IMG/VR virus record: IMGVR_UViG_3300032322_002033 | Coordinates: 30,075-94,074 of that record | Length of the DNA stretch: 64,000 nucleotides | Source of the DNA: a virus | Reading direction: 5' to 3' (one strand) | Translations under genes and position numbers: made by a program | Notes under the pieces: generated by a model | The model's input: the letters and a program-made list of their open reading frames with translations, nothing else | Told to the model about the DNA's origin: nothing | Databases searched by the model: none | Shown: positions 10,049 to 20,585 of the stretch, one piece after another | How the letters are laid out: every line of letters starts with the position of its first letter | How positions within the stretch are numbered: the stretch's first letter is position 1

Positions 10049-11806
10049 ATGGCTCAACAGAATATTAATCAATATAATTTTAAAAAATGGTTTATCAAAT
10101 CGGTTCCAAAAAATAACGATTTAAGTCTGGCGTCGGATGAGGTAGACTTTAATCAAGAAGTTATTTTTTCTACAGAGTTGATAGGGTTAAATGATGGTAA
10201 TCGATTACCTATACATTTTGATTTAAACAATTCGGGCAGTTCTCAACTGTTTACAATTAATTATGGTGATTATTACACAGGTAATACTCTTGTATCTTTA
10301 AATTATTATAACCCTAATAATGACAATTTAAATTGTTATACCTCATCGACATTATGTGACATAGGTTTAACAGGTGTTGATAATGGTTTAACTACTCAAA
10401 TATCAGGTGAAACCCTGTATTATACTATGGGGGTATATACTGGAGATACAAAATGGGATAGATACCATTATGATAGAAGAATGAAATTAATTCCTGTGTC
10501 TTATGGTACTAACGAACTAGTAGAATTAGTACTAACTTCAGATATTAGTGCCGGCTCAGTTATTGTGAATTATGTTTTTTCAGCAAGCACAAATGTTAAA
10601 ACTAATGTCTCAATATCATTTACTCAGTCAATTGGTAGGGAAGACAATACTCCTCTAGTGGTTACTACAGGGGTTACAATTTTTTCAGGAACATCAACAG
10701 GGTCAACAACTGTTGTGTTTGATGCGAGTTTTTCTAATTTAAATCGAACAAGTAGTTTTGAAAATGTGACAATATCGGGAGTTAAATACACACAACCCAT
10801 TGTTCTCAAAGAAGATACAAAATTCGAAGTACCTGTGTGCGAACAATTTTTAACTAATGAATTGAGTAATATTTTAACAACTGAAAATAGTGATAATATA
10901 ATTACTGAACTTGATGGTTGTTATAATTGTTATTCTGGATTACAAACATTAAATGTCGGATATAGAACTGGTGCAATTGTTTATAATAGCGTTGATAACA
11001 CAATTTACGTGGCAGCGGTAGAAAGCCCATATGTTTTTATAATTGACCCTTTAAACTTTACTGTTTCTGATACCGTAACGTTAAGTCAATCTTCTTCGTA
11101 TTATAATTATATGGCTTATTATTCAGGAACAAATTCAGTATATGGTAGTTATTTGTTTAGTGATAACACAATTGGTGTTGTTTCATCAAACACTGAAGAT
11201 AGTACGTTATCAATTTTTGTACCTAGAGGATTAACTGTACAACCAAATGAACAAAGATTATATGTTGGCGGGACAGGTAGGGTTAGATATGTCGATTTAA
11301 ATACTCTAACAACACATACCGGTGTCTCATTAGGCTCAGCATCATTCGAATCAGTTTATAATAGTGTTGACAATACAATATATTTTGCAAAATATATTGC
11401 AGGCCAAGTTGCAGTTTACGATTGTTCAACAAGTAATGTAACTACCAATATTACTGTTGGGAAAACTCCATATAACTTACAATTTAATCCATTACTTAAT
11501 GTTGTATATGTACTTAATGAAGGTGATGATAGTGTTTCGGTAATTGATTGTAATACAAATATAGTAATTGCAACAATTACAGGGATGACTAACGTGTTAT
11601 CAATTTTGTATATACCTAATACGACAAAACTTTTAGTTAGTAATCTAAATGGAGTTGTTTATAAAATAAATTGTTCTAACAACACAATTACTTGTTCTCA
11701 GGATTTAGGTACTAATATACCTCAAATGACATACAATCCAAATGATGGGTTTGTATATGTGAGTGATTATAACGAAACAGCAACTATGAGAAGATTCATA
11801 CCGTAA
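10049..11806 (+). CDS. Structural protein with C-terminal YVTN/YncE-type beta-propeller
   Basis: Repeats YNSVDNTIY, ITVGKTPY, VYVLNEGDDSVSVID; N-terminal half S/T/G-rich. Confidence 0.7.
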   Translation: MAQQNINQYNFKKWFIKSVPKNNDLSLASDEVDFNQEVIFSTELIGLNDGNRLPIHFDLNNSGSSQLFTINYGDYYTGNTLVSLNYYNPNNDNLNCYTSSTLCDIGLTGVDNGLTTQISGETLYYTMGVYTGDTKWDRYHYDRRMKLIPVSYGTNELVELVLTSDISAGSVIVNYVFSASTNVKTNVSISFTQSIGREDNTPLVVTTGVTIFSGTSTGSTTVVFDASFSNLNRTSSFENVTISGVKYTQPIVLKEDTKFEVPVCEQFLTNELSNILTTENSDNIITELDGCYNCYSGLQTLNVGYRTGAIVYNSVDNTIYVAAVESPYVFIIDPLNFTVSDTVTLSQSSSYYNYMAYYSGTNSVYGSYLFSDNTIGVVSSNTEDSTLSIFVPRGLTVQPNEQRLYVGGTGRVRYVDLNTLTTHTGVSLGSASFESVYNSVDNTIYFAKYIAGQVAVYDCSTSNVTTNITVGKTPYNLQFNPLLNVVYVLNEGDDSVSVIDCNTNIVIATITGMTNVLSILYIPNTTKLLVSNLNGVVYKINCSNNTITCSQDLGTNIPQMTYNPNDGFVYVSDYNETATMRRFIP

Positions 11807-11839
11807 AAAATAAAATATATTTATAAATAAAATTAAAAA

Positions 11840-12820
11840 ATGTCAAATATTAAAATATCACAGTTAACTCAGTTTACTGGTTCATCAAGTAATACGTGGT
11901 TAGTTATAAATAACTCAGCTCAAACTGAAACGTTTAAAATAACAAGAGAAACCTTATTATCAGGATTAATACAATGTTCAAATGTTATTGCGAGCGAATC
12001 ACTACAGGCGAATGAAATTTTCCCATCAGATGATGTAGATTTAAATATAAGTACAAGAACTAACACTGGCACCAAAGGGATTAATTTAATGACCGGACCA
12101 AAACCTGGTGGTCTCGGGTATATTAGAATTAAAATCACATCCGGAGGTACGGTAGGTATTAATACAGATACACCAACTGCTCAACTTGATGTGTCAGTTC
12201 CAACAGGAAGTACGGTTGGATTAAGAGTTTCAGGTAATTCAAATACTGACATGGTTAGAATTACGCAAGTAGGAACAGGACATACTTTTGTTGTTGAGGA
12301 TTCTCAAAATCCTGATAGTACACCATTTGTCATAAGAAATGACGGTAAAGTGTATATGGGAACTTATACTGAAGACACCTCATCACTACTTAATGTTGGA
12401 GGTAACGCCCATTTTTGGGGTAATGTTTTTTTTACGGGAACCGCTAATGTCGCAATCCAAAATGCAGTTCCTGGAAGAACTTTAATAAATTTTGCATCAG
12501 TTGGGAATTCCTATTTTAATAACGGTAATTTAGGTGTTGGTACAATATTACCTGACGCCAGATTAGACGTAACCTCAACAGGAAGTACGGTTGGGTTAAG
12601 AGTCTCAGGTAACTCGTCAACTGACATGGTTAGAATTACTCAAACAGGTAGTGGGAATGCTCTTATAGTTGAAGGAAATATAATATACCCGTCTCCATCT
12701 ACTCCACCTGTAAGTAGTGGTAGTACCGGAACAAAAGGTACTGTGACATGGGACGGAAGTTATTTTTATATCTGTGTTGATACTAATACTTGGAAGAGGT
12801 CACAATTATTATCTTGGTAA
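11840..12820 (+). CDS. Tail fibre/decoration-like protein
   Basis: N-terminal KISQL motif, VGINT/LGVGT fibre repeats, C-terminal GTVTWDGSYFYICVDTNTWKR. Confidence 0.7.
   Translation: MSNIKISQLTQFTGSSSNTWLVINNSAQTETFKITRETLLSGLIQCSNVIASESLQANEIFPSDDVDLNISTRTNTGTKGINLMTGPKPGGLGYIRIKITSGGTVGINTDTPTAQLDVSVPTGSTVGLRVSGNSNTDMVRITQVGTGHTFVVEDSQNPDSTPFVIRNDGKVYMGTYTEDTSSLLNVGGNAHFWGNVFFTGTANVAIQNAVPGRTLINFASVGNSYFNNGNLGVGTILPDARLDVTSTGSTVGLRVSGNSSTDMVRITQTGSGNALIVEGNIIYPSPSTPPVSSGSTGTKGTVTWDGSYFYICVDTNTWKRSQLLSW
12201..12643 (+). repeat. Internal duplication of about 68 bp (copies start at 12201 and 12576; TGSTVGLRVSGNSxTDMVRITQ)
   Basis: caacaggaagtacggttgg...actgacatggttagaattac occurs twice, 375 bp apart. 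Confidence 0.85.
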
Positions 12821-12858
12821 TAAAAAAGTCCAAAGTATTTATATAAAAATAGTTTTCA

Positions 12859-14616
12859 ATGTCAAGAAGATTTTCTGGAAATACCAAAGAAACCGTATAT
12901 AATATTGTATCAAAAACGGGTAATACTATAGGGTATTATAACCAACTTTACGGAGGGTTTTACCAAGGATTTTTTAAACTATTCGGATATGACTATGAAG
13001 TATTTCCGGACAGAACTAATAAAGGTTGGTCTGTTGAGATGTTATTAAGAGCGAGACAAGAAGATGAGTTTTATCATTTAGAGAATCAAACTTATTTAAA
13101 TGAAGTTTACCCTAATAACAAGAATACTTTTTTTTATTTTGGTACAAGAGCTGAGAATAAATTTTATCATCATGCGGCAGGTTCACCCGCGACAGATACG
13201 GGGTATACAAGAGTTACGGCAAGTCTAAGTGGATGTTTTGAAACTTGCGCATGTTCAAACACAGGAGTCACCAACTCTCGATGTGTTGAAGTCTATGAAC
13301 CTTTAACATATCTACCACAACATAATATTGATTGTAATTGCGGTTGTGGTTCATCAACAACGGAAGTTCCTAATTCAGATAAAGACCCATTATTTGACAC
13401 TATGTCAAATAGTTTTTCATTAAAATTATCAGGTGACCCAAAAAACCCAAAAATATGTGTCAGAGTTTTAAAATTTACGGGAGGGTGTGAAGTAACAGGT
13501 ACTTGTTCAACAACAGGAATTACATATGCAACAGGTTATACAGTTTCAGAGTATTGTTCATCAAAACAAATTTACGATTATTGCCAGGTCGCAAACGATG
13601 ATTATTTAAATAAAGAGCATTGGTTTTTAGTTGATTGTGTTTGGGAAAGAAATGAATATTTTGATACATGTGATTTATATTATAAAGGTGGGCTCGGTCT
13701 GATTAGTGAAACTAAATATGTTGATTCATTATCACAAAATACGGTTAATTTAATTTCCCCACCAATTACAAATGGGGAAGTAGTCGCTGAAACTATAGAA
13801 GTTATTGAGTTGAATGAAAGATGGTTAACTGAAAAAGACCACAGACTTGGTTCTTTAAAATTATATGTTAATGGTAAATTGTTTTATGTTATTAATGGAT
13901 TTGAGGAAATTATACCAAGAGGATTAAATACTGAAAAAGAAAAACAATTAGGTGTACCTTTTAATCTTTCTTGGGGTGGAGGAACTCAAGGACTTAGAGA
14001 AAGTTTAACTTTGGTATCTTGTAATGACAACACAGATTACCAGCAAGACCCTGAGGTAATGCCAAACCAAACATTATCAGGTACCTCATTATCCGCATTA
14101 ACAACAAATATATTTATTGAACCTAATTTTGCAGGAAGTTTTGATGGTGCCATAAGTCAATTTAGGATGTATACTGAACCATTATCTTATCCTGAAATTA
14201 TACACAACTTTGATATATTAAAAGAAAATTTTTCTTTATTTGATTGGAAATGTCCAAATTGTAATGATTTTTTGGTAAATGATATTGTTAGTGGAGTTAC
14301 TAATAATGTTTTAACTTTTTCTTCGGCAACTTTTTCAGCATATAGTTATGACTTGAGTTGGAAACCTTTAAATCAAAATTTTAGAATTTCAATCACAGGT
14401 AATACATCAATACCATCATTCCCATATTCAATAAATTTATTAGACCCATTAATAATTCCTTACTTTGGTGGTGGTAGTTATTATTTTTATTTTCAACATA
14501 TAGACCAAACATTACGTGTTGATGTTCCTGATAATGTAGTTAACGTATTATTATTTGGAGGTGATAATGTGTTAGATGTTGGTAATGATGCATATTTATT
14601 AATAGAACCTTTATAA
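12859..14616 (+). CDS. Cys-rich structural protein with LamG/concanavalin-like elements
   Basis: LKLYVNGKL and FDGAISQFRMYTEPLSYPEIIHNF match the LamG-like C-terminal pattern; many Cys. Confidence 0.6.
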   Translation: MSRRFSGNTKETVYNIVSKTGNTIGYYNQLYGGFYQGFFKLFGYDYEVFPDRTNKGWSVEMLLRARQEDEFYHLENQTYLNEVYPNNKNTFFYFGTRAENKFYHHAAGSPATDTGYTRVTASLSGCFETCACSNTGVTNSRCVEVYEPLTYLPQHNIDCNCGCGSSTTEVPNSDKDPLFDTMSNSFSLKLSGDPKNPKICVRVLKFTGGCEVTGTCSTTGITYATGYTVSEYCSSKQIYDYCQVANDDYLNKEHWFLVDCVWERNEYFDTCDLYYKGGLGLISETKYVDSLSQNTVNLISPPITNGEVVAETIEVIELNERWLTEKDHRLGSLKLYVNGKLFYVINGFEEIIPRGLNTEKEKQLGVPFNLSWGGGTQGLRESLTLVSCNDNTDYQQDPEVMPNQTLSGTSLSALTTNIFIEPNFAGSFDGAISQFRMYTEPLSYPEIIHNFDILKENFSLFDWKCPNCNDFLVNDIVSGVTNNVLTFSSATFSAYSYDLSWKPLNQNFRISITGNTSIPSFPYSINLLDPLIIPYFGGGSYYFYFQHIDQTLRVDVPDNVVNVLLFGGDNVLDVGNDAYLLIEPL

Positions 14617-14620
14617 AATT

Positions 14621-15115
14621 ATGGCACAGGGAAAAACTTTAAATGAATTAACAGGGACAACATCAGTAAATCAACAAGATTTACTTTTAATATACCAAAC
14701 AGGTAGTACTAAAAACGTATCAATAAGTGCATTGACTCAGAATATTGTAAACAAAAATTTTACAGGAGGTACTATGTCAGTAACTGGTACATCTTCTTTT
14801 GAGGGTAATGTAACAATTAATGTTTTAAGTGTTACTGGGGAAACAATTTTTTCAGATAACATCACAGGACAAACAGGGACGTTTAATGAGATAACTATTA
14901 CCGGAAGTACCACAATTAGTGGTAATACTGAAATTGGAGGTAATGTGAGAATATCTAACGATTTAATTTACCCAACACCATCAGTAGTACCAAGTTTAAG
15001 TGGTGGTAGTTATGGAACTACAGGAACTACAGGAACAATTTCATGGGATTCAGATTACATATACGTATGTGTTGCAACTAATACATGGAAAAGAGCTCAG
15101 TTATTAATATGGTAA
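14621..15115 (+). CDS. Short fibre/decoration-like protein, paralogue of 11840..12820
   Basis: KTLNELT N-terminus and GTISWDSDYIYVCVATNTWKR C-terminus shared with 11840..12820. Confidence 0.7.
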   Translation: MAQGKTLNELTGTTSVNQQDLLLIYQTGSTKNVSISALTQNIVNKNFTGGTMSVTGTSSFEGNVTINVLSVTGETIFSDNITGQTGTFNEITITGSTTISGNTEIGGNVRISNDLIYPTPSVVPSLSGGSYGTTGTTGTISWDSDYIYVCVATNTWKRAQLLIW

Positions 15116-15174
15116 GTTAAAAAAAGATTTATTTAGTTTTAAATTTTATTAATATTTTATTCAAATAGTAAACT

Positions 15175-16422
15175 ATGAGTAAAATATTCATACAAGTCGC
15201 GTCATATCGAGACCCCCAACTTATCCCAACAATAAAATCGGCGATAGATAATTCCAAAAATCCTGAAAATTTGGTATTCGGTATTTGTCGTCAATATCAC
15301 CCTTCTGACAAGTTTGATGATTTAGAAGAATATCGAAATGATGGTAGATTCAAGATTATTGATGTGAATTATAAAGATTCTAAAGGTGCTTGTTGGGCAA
15401 GACATCAAATCCAACAATTATATGATGGTGAGGATTATACCTTACAGATAGATTCCCACATGAGGTTTGCTAAAGATTGGGATTTTGAAATGATAAAAAT
15501 GGTTAAAGATTTGAAAAAGAAAGGTTATAAAAAACCATTACTAACTTCTTATGTTTCATCTTTTGACCCTGATAATGACCCAAATGGTAGAACTATGGAA
15601 CCTTGGCAAATGGCTTTTGATAGATTTATTCCTGAAGGGGCGGTATTCTTTTTACCTGAAACAATACCTAATTGGCAAAATTTAGACTCACCTGTAACCT
15701 CAAGATTCTACTCGGCACATTTTTGTTTTACCCTTGGTAAGTTTGCTAAAGAAGTACAACACGACCCTGATTTTTATTTTCATGGTGAAGAAATATCTAT
15801 TGCGGTTAGAGCGTTCACACATGGTTATGATTTATTTCACCCGCATAAAGTTTTAATTTGGCATGAATACACAAGAAAAGGTAGAGTTAAGCAGTGGGAT
15901 GATGATTTAAAATGGTTTGAGAAAAATAATGTTGCCCATCAAAGAAACCGAGCTCTATTTGGAATGGATGGAGAAGCTGAAATTGAATTAGGTAAATACG
16001 GATTTGGGAAAGTTAGAACATTAAAAGATTATGAAAAATACTCAGGTCTAAAATTTTCAATACGAGGAGTCCAACAACATACATTAGATAAAAAATACCC
16101 ACCTAACCCATATAATTTTAATAATGATGAGGAATGGGAAAATTCATTTGCAACAATTTTTAAACATTGCATAGATGTTGGGTATTCAGATGTACCTGAA
16201 GATGATTATGATTTTTGGGCAGTTGCATTTCACGATGAAAATGACAATACGATGTATCGATTAGATGCGACAAAAGAAGAAATAAAAAGAATGAAAAATG
16301 ACCCCGATGGATATTGTAAAATATGGAGACAATTTGATACTTTAAAGAAACCAAAGTATTGGGTTGTTTGGCCACATTCAGAATCTAAAGGGTGGTGTAA
16401 TAGAATAACAGGTAACTTATGA
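15175..16422 (+). CDS. GT60-like (Gnt1/Skp1-type) protein N-acetylglucosaminyltransferase
   Basis: IFIQVASYRD, SKGACWAR, LQIDSHMRF..WD, FHGEEI and HEY.R motifs of the GlcNAc (GT60) family. Confidence 0.85.
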   Translation: MSKIFIQVASYRDPQLIPTIKSAIDNSKNPENLVFGICRQYHPSDKFDDLEEYRNDGRFKIIDVNYKDSKGACWARHQIQQLYDGEDYTLQIDSHMRFAKDWDFEMIKMVKDLKKKGYKKPLLTSYVSSFDPDNDPNGRTMEPWQMAFDRFIPEGAVFFLPETIPNWQNLDSPVTSRFYSAHFCFTLGKFAKEVQHDPDFYFHGEEISIAVRAFTHGYDLFHPHKVLIWHEYTRKGRVKQWDDDLKWFEKNNVAHQRNRALFGMDGEAEIELGKYGFGKVRTLKDYEKYSGLKFSIRGVQQHTLDKKYPPNPYNFNNDEEWENSFATIFKHCIDVGYSDVPEDDYDFWAVAFHDENDNTMYRLDATKEEIKRMKNDPDGYCKIWRQFDTLKKPKYWVVWPHSESKGWCNRITGNL

Positions 16423-17135
16423 ATATAGATTTTTGTTTTGCAACATTTTGTTTTGGTGATAGGTATTATTCCCAAACAAACACACTAATTAATGATTTGA
16501 AAATATCAGAATTAAAACCAAATTTAATTGTGATTACTGATAATCCTGATAAAATATTAATTGAAGATTTTGTTAAAGTTTTTAATGTCTCAGAATATTC
16601 TGAGGATTATTTAAACTATGCTAACAACTATTACGATTTTGATTTTTCAGTTAAACGATTTACAGTAAAGAAAGCATTTGAATTAGGTTATAATAAAATT
16701 ATTTTGGTTGATACTGACATTCGAGTCAACTATGGGTTATTCACTCATGAAAATATTTCCAATTCGTTTGAAGATAATTCAATTTTAGGTTCAGTCACTT
16801 ACAACTTTGATGAACAAATAACTACTAATAGTGAATTAGGTAAACGTTTAATGTATTATGAAAATCATTTTGGTTATGAAATAAATAAAAATGAATTAAA
16901 CTTTATGCCTGAGGATTGTATTCAATATTTGAATATTGATACTGATAAAATGGTTAATTTTTTAAATGATTGGGACAATTGTATTCAAGTTAAGAATAGT
17001 CATGGGTTAAGGAACATACCTGCGGGAAATATTGATGAAATGTGTTTTAGTGCAATTAAGAATGGTATTAAAGTGGGTAACAATTCAAATAAATCTTTAA
17101 ACATAGTTTTTGCACAACATGACAAATGGTACTAA
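16419..17135 (+). CDS. Putative GT-A glycosyltransferase
   Basis: VITD, FSVKR, LVDTD (DxD) motifs; within the GT cassette. Confidence 0.6.
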   Translation: MNIDFCFATFCFGDRYYSQTNTLINDLKISELKPNLIVITDNPDKILIEDFVKVFNVSEYSEDYLNYANNYYDFDFSVKRFTVKKAFELGYNKIILVDTDIRVNYGLFTHENISNSFEDNSILGSVTYNFDEQITTNSELGKRLMYYENHFGYEINKNELNFMPEDCIQYLNIDTDKMVNFLNDWDNCIQVKNSHGLRNIPAGNIDEMCFSAIKNGIKVGNNSNKSLNIVFAQHDKWY

Positions 17136-17973
17136 AATAGTTAGTTCAATTTATGAACTAAATTATGTCAAAGAAAGAAATGGTGAAAGATATAAAAACT
17201 TTCCATTACTTGTTGCGACTTTAAAAAACATAATTTTTCCCGAATACAACTATGTAATTTATACTGACCAAAATTCGTATGAAAAATTCAATTTACAATA
17301 TGAATTTAATAAACCAAATGTTGAATTTAAATTCAAAGAACTTAATACGTCAGAATCTTGTGAATTAATTGATAAAATCAGACATGATGAATTATCAGGG
17401 GGTATGAACTATGATAGAATTTATTGTGTTAACAATTATTTAGAAGTCGTAATTAATAAGTTGAAGTTTTTAATTGATGAGTCAGTTGATTGTGAAAATA
17501 TATTTTGGATTGATTCTGGTTTGATTGGAACATCTTGTCATGACGGATGGAGAGATTACATGGCTCCACTAATTAACTCAAAAAATTTTTTAGAAAAAAT
17601 TTTGGAAAAAATCCAAAAACATGGATTTATACATTTAAAAGGTAATTCAATTGTTATGAATTATGAAATGGTTGATAGATTCCAAGAGTTGTATGGTGTA
17701 GAATTAAAGGTAGTGCCAGGATGTCTATTTGGTGGAAAATCTGAAAAAGTTAGACATTTATTAGACGGATATTTAGACATTTTTACAAGTTATCTTATCA
17801 AATATAATCAGCTAATAAGTGAACAAGAAGTCCTTACGGCTATTACAGGTCAAAATAAAGAAGAATGTTATGCTTTTGAATTTGGAGATTGGTTAGACTT
17901 ACAAAAAGGATTTTTAAACATTTTAGACATTTATGATGAATCAAAGTACACAAGAGAAAGATGTTATGTTTAG
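17119..17973 (+). CDS. HtrL/YibB (WlaTC)-like putative glycosyltransferase
   Basis: KLKFL, FWIDSG, GCLFGG, SEQEV motifs parallel those of 18526..20193; ATG 17119 preferred over TTG 17110. Confidence 0.6.
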   Translation: MTNGTKIVSSIYELNYVKERNGERYKNFPLLVATLKNIIFPEYNYVIYTDQNSYEKFNLQYEFNKPNVEFKFKELNTSESCELIDKIRHDELSGGMNYDRIYCVNNYLEVVINKLKFLIDESVDCENIFWIDSGLIGTSCHDGWRDYMAPLINSKNFLEKILEKIQKHGFIHLKGNSIVMNYEMVDRFQELYGVELKVVPGCLFGGKSEKVRHLLDGYLDIFTSYLIKYNQLISEQEVLTAITGQNKEECYAFEFGDWLDLQKGFLNILDIYDESKYTRERCYV

Positions 17974-18529
17974 TCTTAATATTGTATGTACAAGTATTGG
18001 AAGACAAACTCTACCAAGGTTAATCGATTCATTTGTTAATCAACTAAAAAGTAATGATATTTTTACAATCATATCAGACATAAATCATGATTTTGTTTCT
18101 GAGGTTTTATCAAGATACAATTTTAATTTTACTGTTAATCATATCATTAATAATGGTGAAAGAGCGTGGAAATATGGTCATCCATTAATTAATAAACACG
18201 TAAACAATTTAGATGGTGATTTTATAATGTTTGCTGACGATGATGATAGATATACCGAAGGAGCGTTTGATGTAATTAGAGATAATGTTAAAGACAAAAA
18301 TAAATTATATATTTTTAAACATAAGTGGGGTTCCGATATTAATTGGAAGTTAAAAGATTTTACAATAGGTAATGTTGGAAAATGTATGGGGGTAATTCCG
18401 AACACTCACAATCTTCCAAAATTTAGAGAAGATGTTTTTGGTGATGTTTATTTTTATGAGGAAATTGGTAACATGTTTGAAAGTGAGTTTATTGACCACA
18501 TAATTTATAAAGTTAGGGATACAGAATGA
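17966..18529 (+). CDS. GT2-like glycosyltransferase
   Basis: SIGR..L, FADDDD motif; ATG 17966 (MFSLNIV) preferred. Confidence 0.7.
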   Translation: MFSLNIVCTSIGRQTLPRLIDSFVNQLKSNDIFTIISDINHDFVSEVLSRYNFNFTVNHIINNGERAWKYGHPLINKHVNNLDGDFIMFADDDDRYTEGAFDVIRDNVKDKNKLYIFKHKWGSDINWKLKDFTIGNVGKCMGVIPNTHNLPKFREDVFGDVYFYEEIGNMFESEFIDHIIYKVRDTE

Positions 18530-20193
18530 GTCTTACGTTAGTTACAGGTTTATGGAATATTGGTAGAGATAATTTAAATGAGGGATGGTCAAGGTCCTAT
18601 CAACATTATTTAGATAAATTTTCACAATTATTAGAAATTGATAATAATCTTATAATTTTTGGAGACTCTGAGCTTGAGACTTTTGTTTGGGAAAGAAGAA
18701 GTTCTGAAAATACTATGTTTATTGTTAGAGATAAAGATTGGTTTGTCAATAATGAGTTTTATGAAAAAATACAAAATATTAGAAAGTCAGAATCTTGGTA
18801 TTCACAATCATCTTGGTTAAAAGACTCAACCCAAGGTAGATTAGAAATGTATAACCCATTAGTCATGTCAAAAATGTTTCTTTTACATGACGCAAAAATA
18901 TTCGATAAATTTGATTCTGATAGTTTATTTTGGATTGATGCGGGTATTACAAATACGGTACATCCTGGTTATTTTACTCACGACAAAGTTATTGAAAAGT
19001 TAAAAAAGAAAATTAATAAATTTACTTTTGTTTGTTTCCCATATGATGCGAATACCGAAATTCACGGATTCATATACCCAAAAATAAACCAGTGGTCAGG
19101 TAAAGATGTAAAAAAAGTTGCTCGAGGTGGATTTTTTGGTGGACCAAAACACATCATATCTGAAATAAATTCAATATACTATAATTTACTTAACGATACC
19201 TTATCACAAGGTTATATGGGGACTGAGGAATCAATATTCTCAATAATGGTTTATAAATTTTCAGAAATTATTGATTATTTTGAAATAAATTATGACGGGT
19301 TGTTGGGAACATTTTTTGAAAATGTTAAAAACGAAAAATTAACAATCAAAAGTGAAAATACAAAACCAACTAAAAATTTAAATATTACAAATGTTGGTCT
19401 TTATGTAATCACATTTAATTCTCCAAATCAGTTCAGAACTTTAATACAATCTATGTCTGAATATGATAATGATTTTATTAAATTAACTAAAAAGTTTTTA
19501 TTGGACAATTCAACTGATTTATCAACTACCGACGAGTATTTAAAAATCTGTGAAGAGTTTGGATTTGAACATATCAAAAAAGATAATATTGGTATAACAG
19601 GCGGAAGACAATTTATTGCCGAACACTTTAATGAAACTGAATTAGATTATATGTATTTTTTTGAGGACGATATGTTTTTTTATCGTGGAGAAAATAATGT
19701 TTGTAAAAATGGGTTTAATCGAAAAGTTAGTAATCTTTACCAAAAAAGTTTAGAAATTATCAATAAAGAAAATTTTGACTTTTTGAAACTTAATTTTTCC
19801 GAATTTTATGGTGATAATAGTACTCAGTGGAGTTGGTATAACGTACCTCAGAATTTTAGACAAAGTCACTGGCCAAATAATCCTAAATTACCTGAATTTG
19901 GTTTAGACCCAAATGCTCCTAAAACAAAATTTGAATTTATAAAATCTCACAAAAACTTACCATATGCGGGTGGAGAAATATTCCTATGTAATTGGCCAAT
20001 TCTATTATCCAAAGAAGGGAATTTTAAATGTTATATTGAAACAAAATTCCAACATCCATTTGAACAAACAATAATGTCTCATTGTTTCCAAGAAACTATT
20101 AAAGGTAATATTACACCAGGTATACTGCTAATCACTCCTACTGAACATGATAGATTTGAACATTATGACTCATCTTTGAGGAAAGAATGTTAA
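18526..20193 (+). CDS. Bifunctional HtrL/YibB-like plus GT2-like glycosyltransferase
   Basis: N-terminal TLVTGLWNIGR, WIDAG, GGFFGG, GTEE; C-terminal VITFN, LDNS, NIGITGGR, FFEDD. Confidence 0.75.
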   Translation: MSLTLVTGLWNIGRDNLNEGWSRSYQHYLDKFSQLLEIDNNLIIFGDSELETFVWERRSSENTMFIVRDKDWFVNNEFYEKIQNIRKSESWYSQSSWLKDSTQGRLEMYNPLVMSKMFLLHDAKIFDKFDSDSLFWIDAGITNTVHPGYFTHDKVIEKLKKKINKFTFVCFPYDANTEIHGFIYPKINQWSGKDVKKVARGGFFGGPKHIISEINSIYYNLLNDTLSQGYMGTEESIFSIMVYKFSEIIDYFEINYDGLLGTFFENVKNEKLTIKSENTKPTKNLNITNVGLYVITFNSPNQFRTLIQSMSEYDNDFIKLTKKFLLDNSTDLSTTDEYLKICEEFGFEHIKKDNIGITGGRQFIAEHFNETELDYMYFFEDDMFFYRGENNVCKNGFNRKVSNLYQKSLEIINKENFDFLKLNFSEFYGDNSTQWSWYNVPQNFRQSHWPNNPKLPEFGLDPNAPKTKFEFIKSHKNLPYAGGEIFLCNWPILLSKEGNFKCYIETKFQHPFEQTIMSHCFQETIKGNITPGILLITPTEHDRFEHYDSSLRKEC

Positions 20194-20219
20194 TGTGAAT
20201 ATTTATCTAAAAAAGATAG

Positions 20220-20585
20220 ATGGAGTTTAGTATTGGTAAAAATTCAACCCTTCCCATATTAAAAATGCAGGTCGTTAATAACGGCAAAACTGAATTAGAT
20301 GAATTTAATCAGGTGATTGAAAATTCTGCAATATTTTTTTCTATGAAAAATATGAAAAATGGGTCTTACAAGATACTAAATTCTCCCGCAGGATTTGTCG
20401 AAAGAACCAAAGAAAATATGGATGCTCCAACTGAATATTATGTGTATTATAGATTTAGTTCAGGTGACACAAGAACTGCTGGATTATATGAGGGTGAGTT
20501 TATGTTTAGAAATGAAGAGGGTACATATTTGTTACCAATCCGAGAAAAACTTACAATAAAAATTAATGAAACAAATGTGATATAA
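20220..20585 (+). CDS. BppU-like Ig-fold structural adaptor
   Basis: KNSTLP..YRF..GDT..AGLYEGEF pattern; paralogue of the next gene's N-terminus. Confidence 0.5.
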   Translation: MEFSIGKNSTLPILKMQVVNNGKTELDEFNQVIENSAIFFSMKNMKNGSYKILNSPAGFVERTKENMDAPTEYYVYYRFSSGDTRTAGLYEGEFMFRNEEGTYLLPIREKLTIKINETNVI

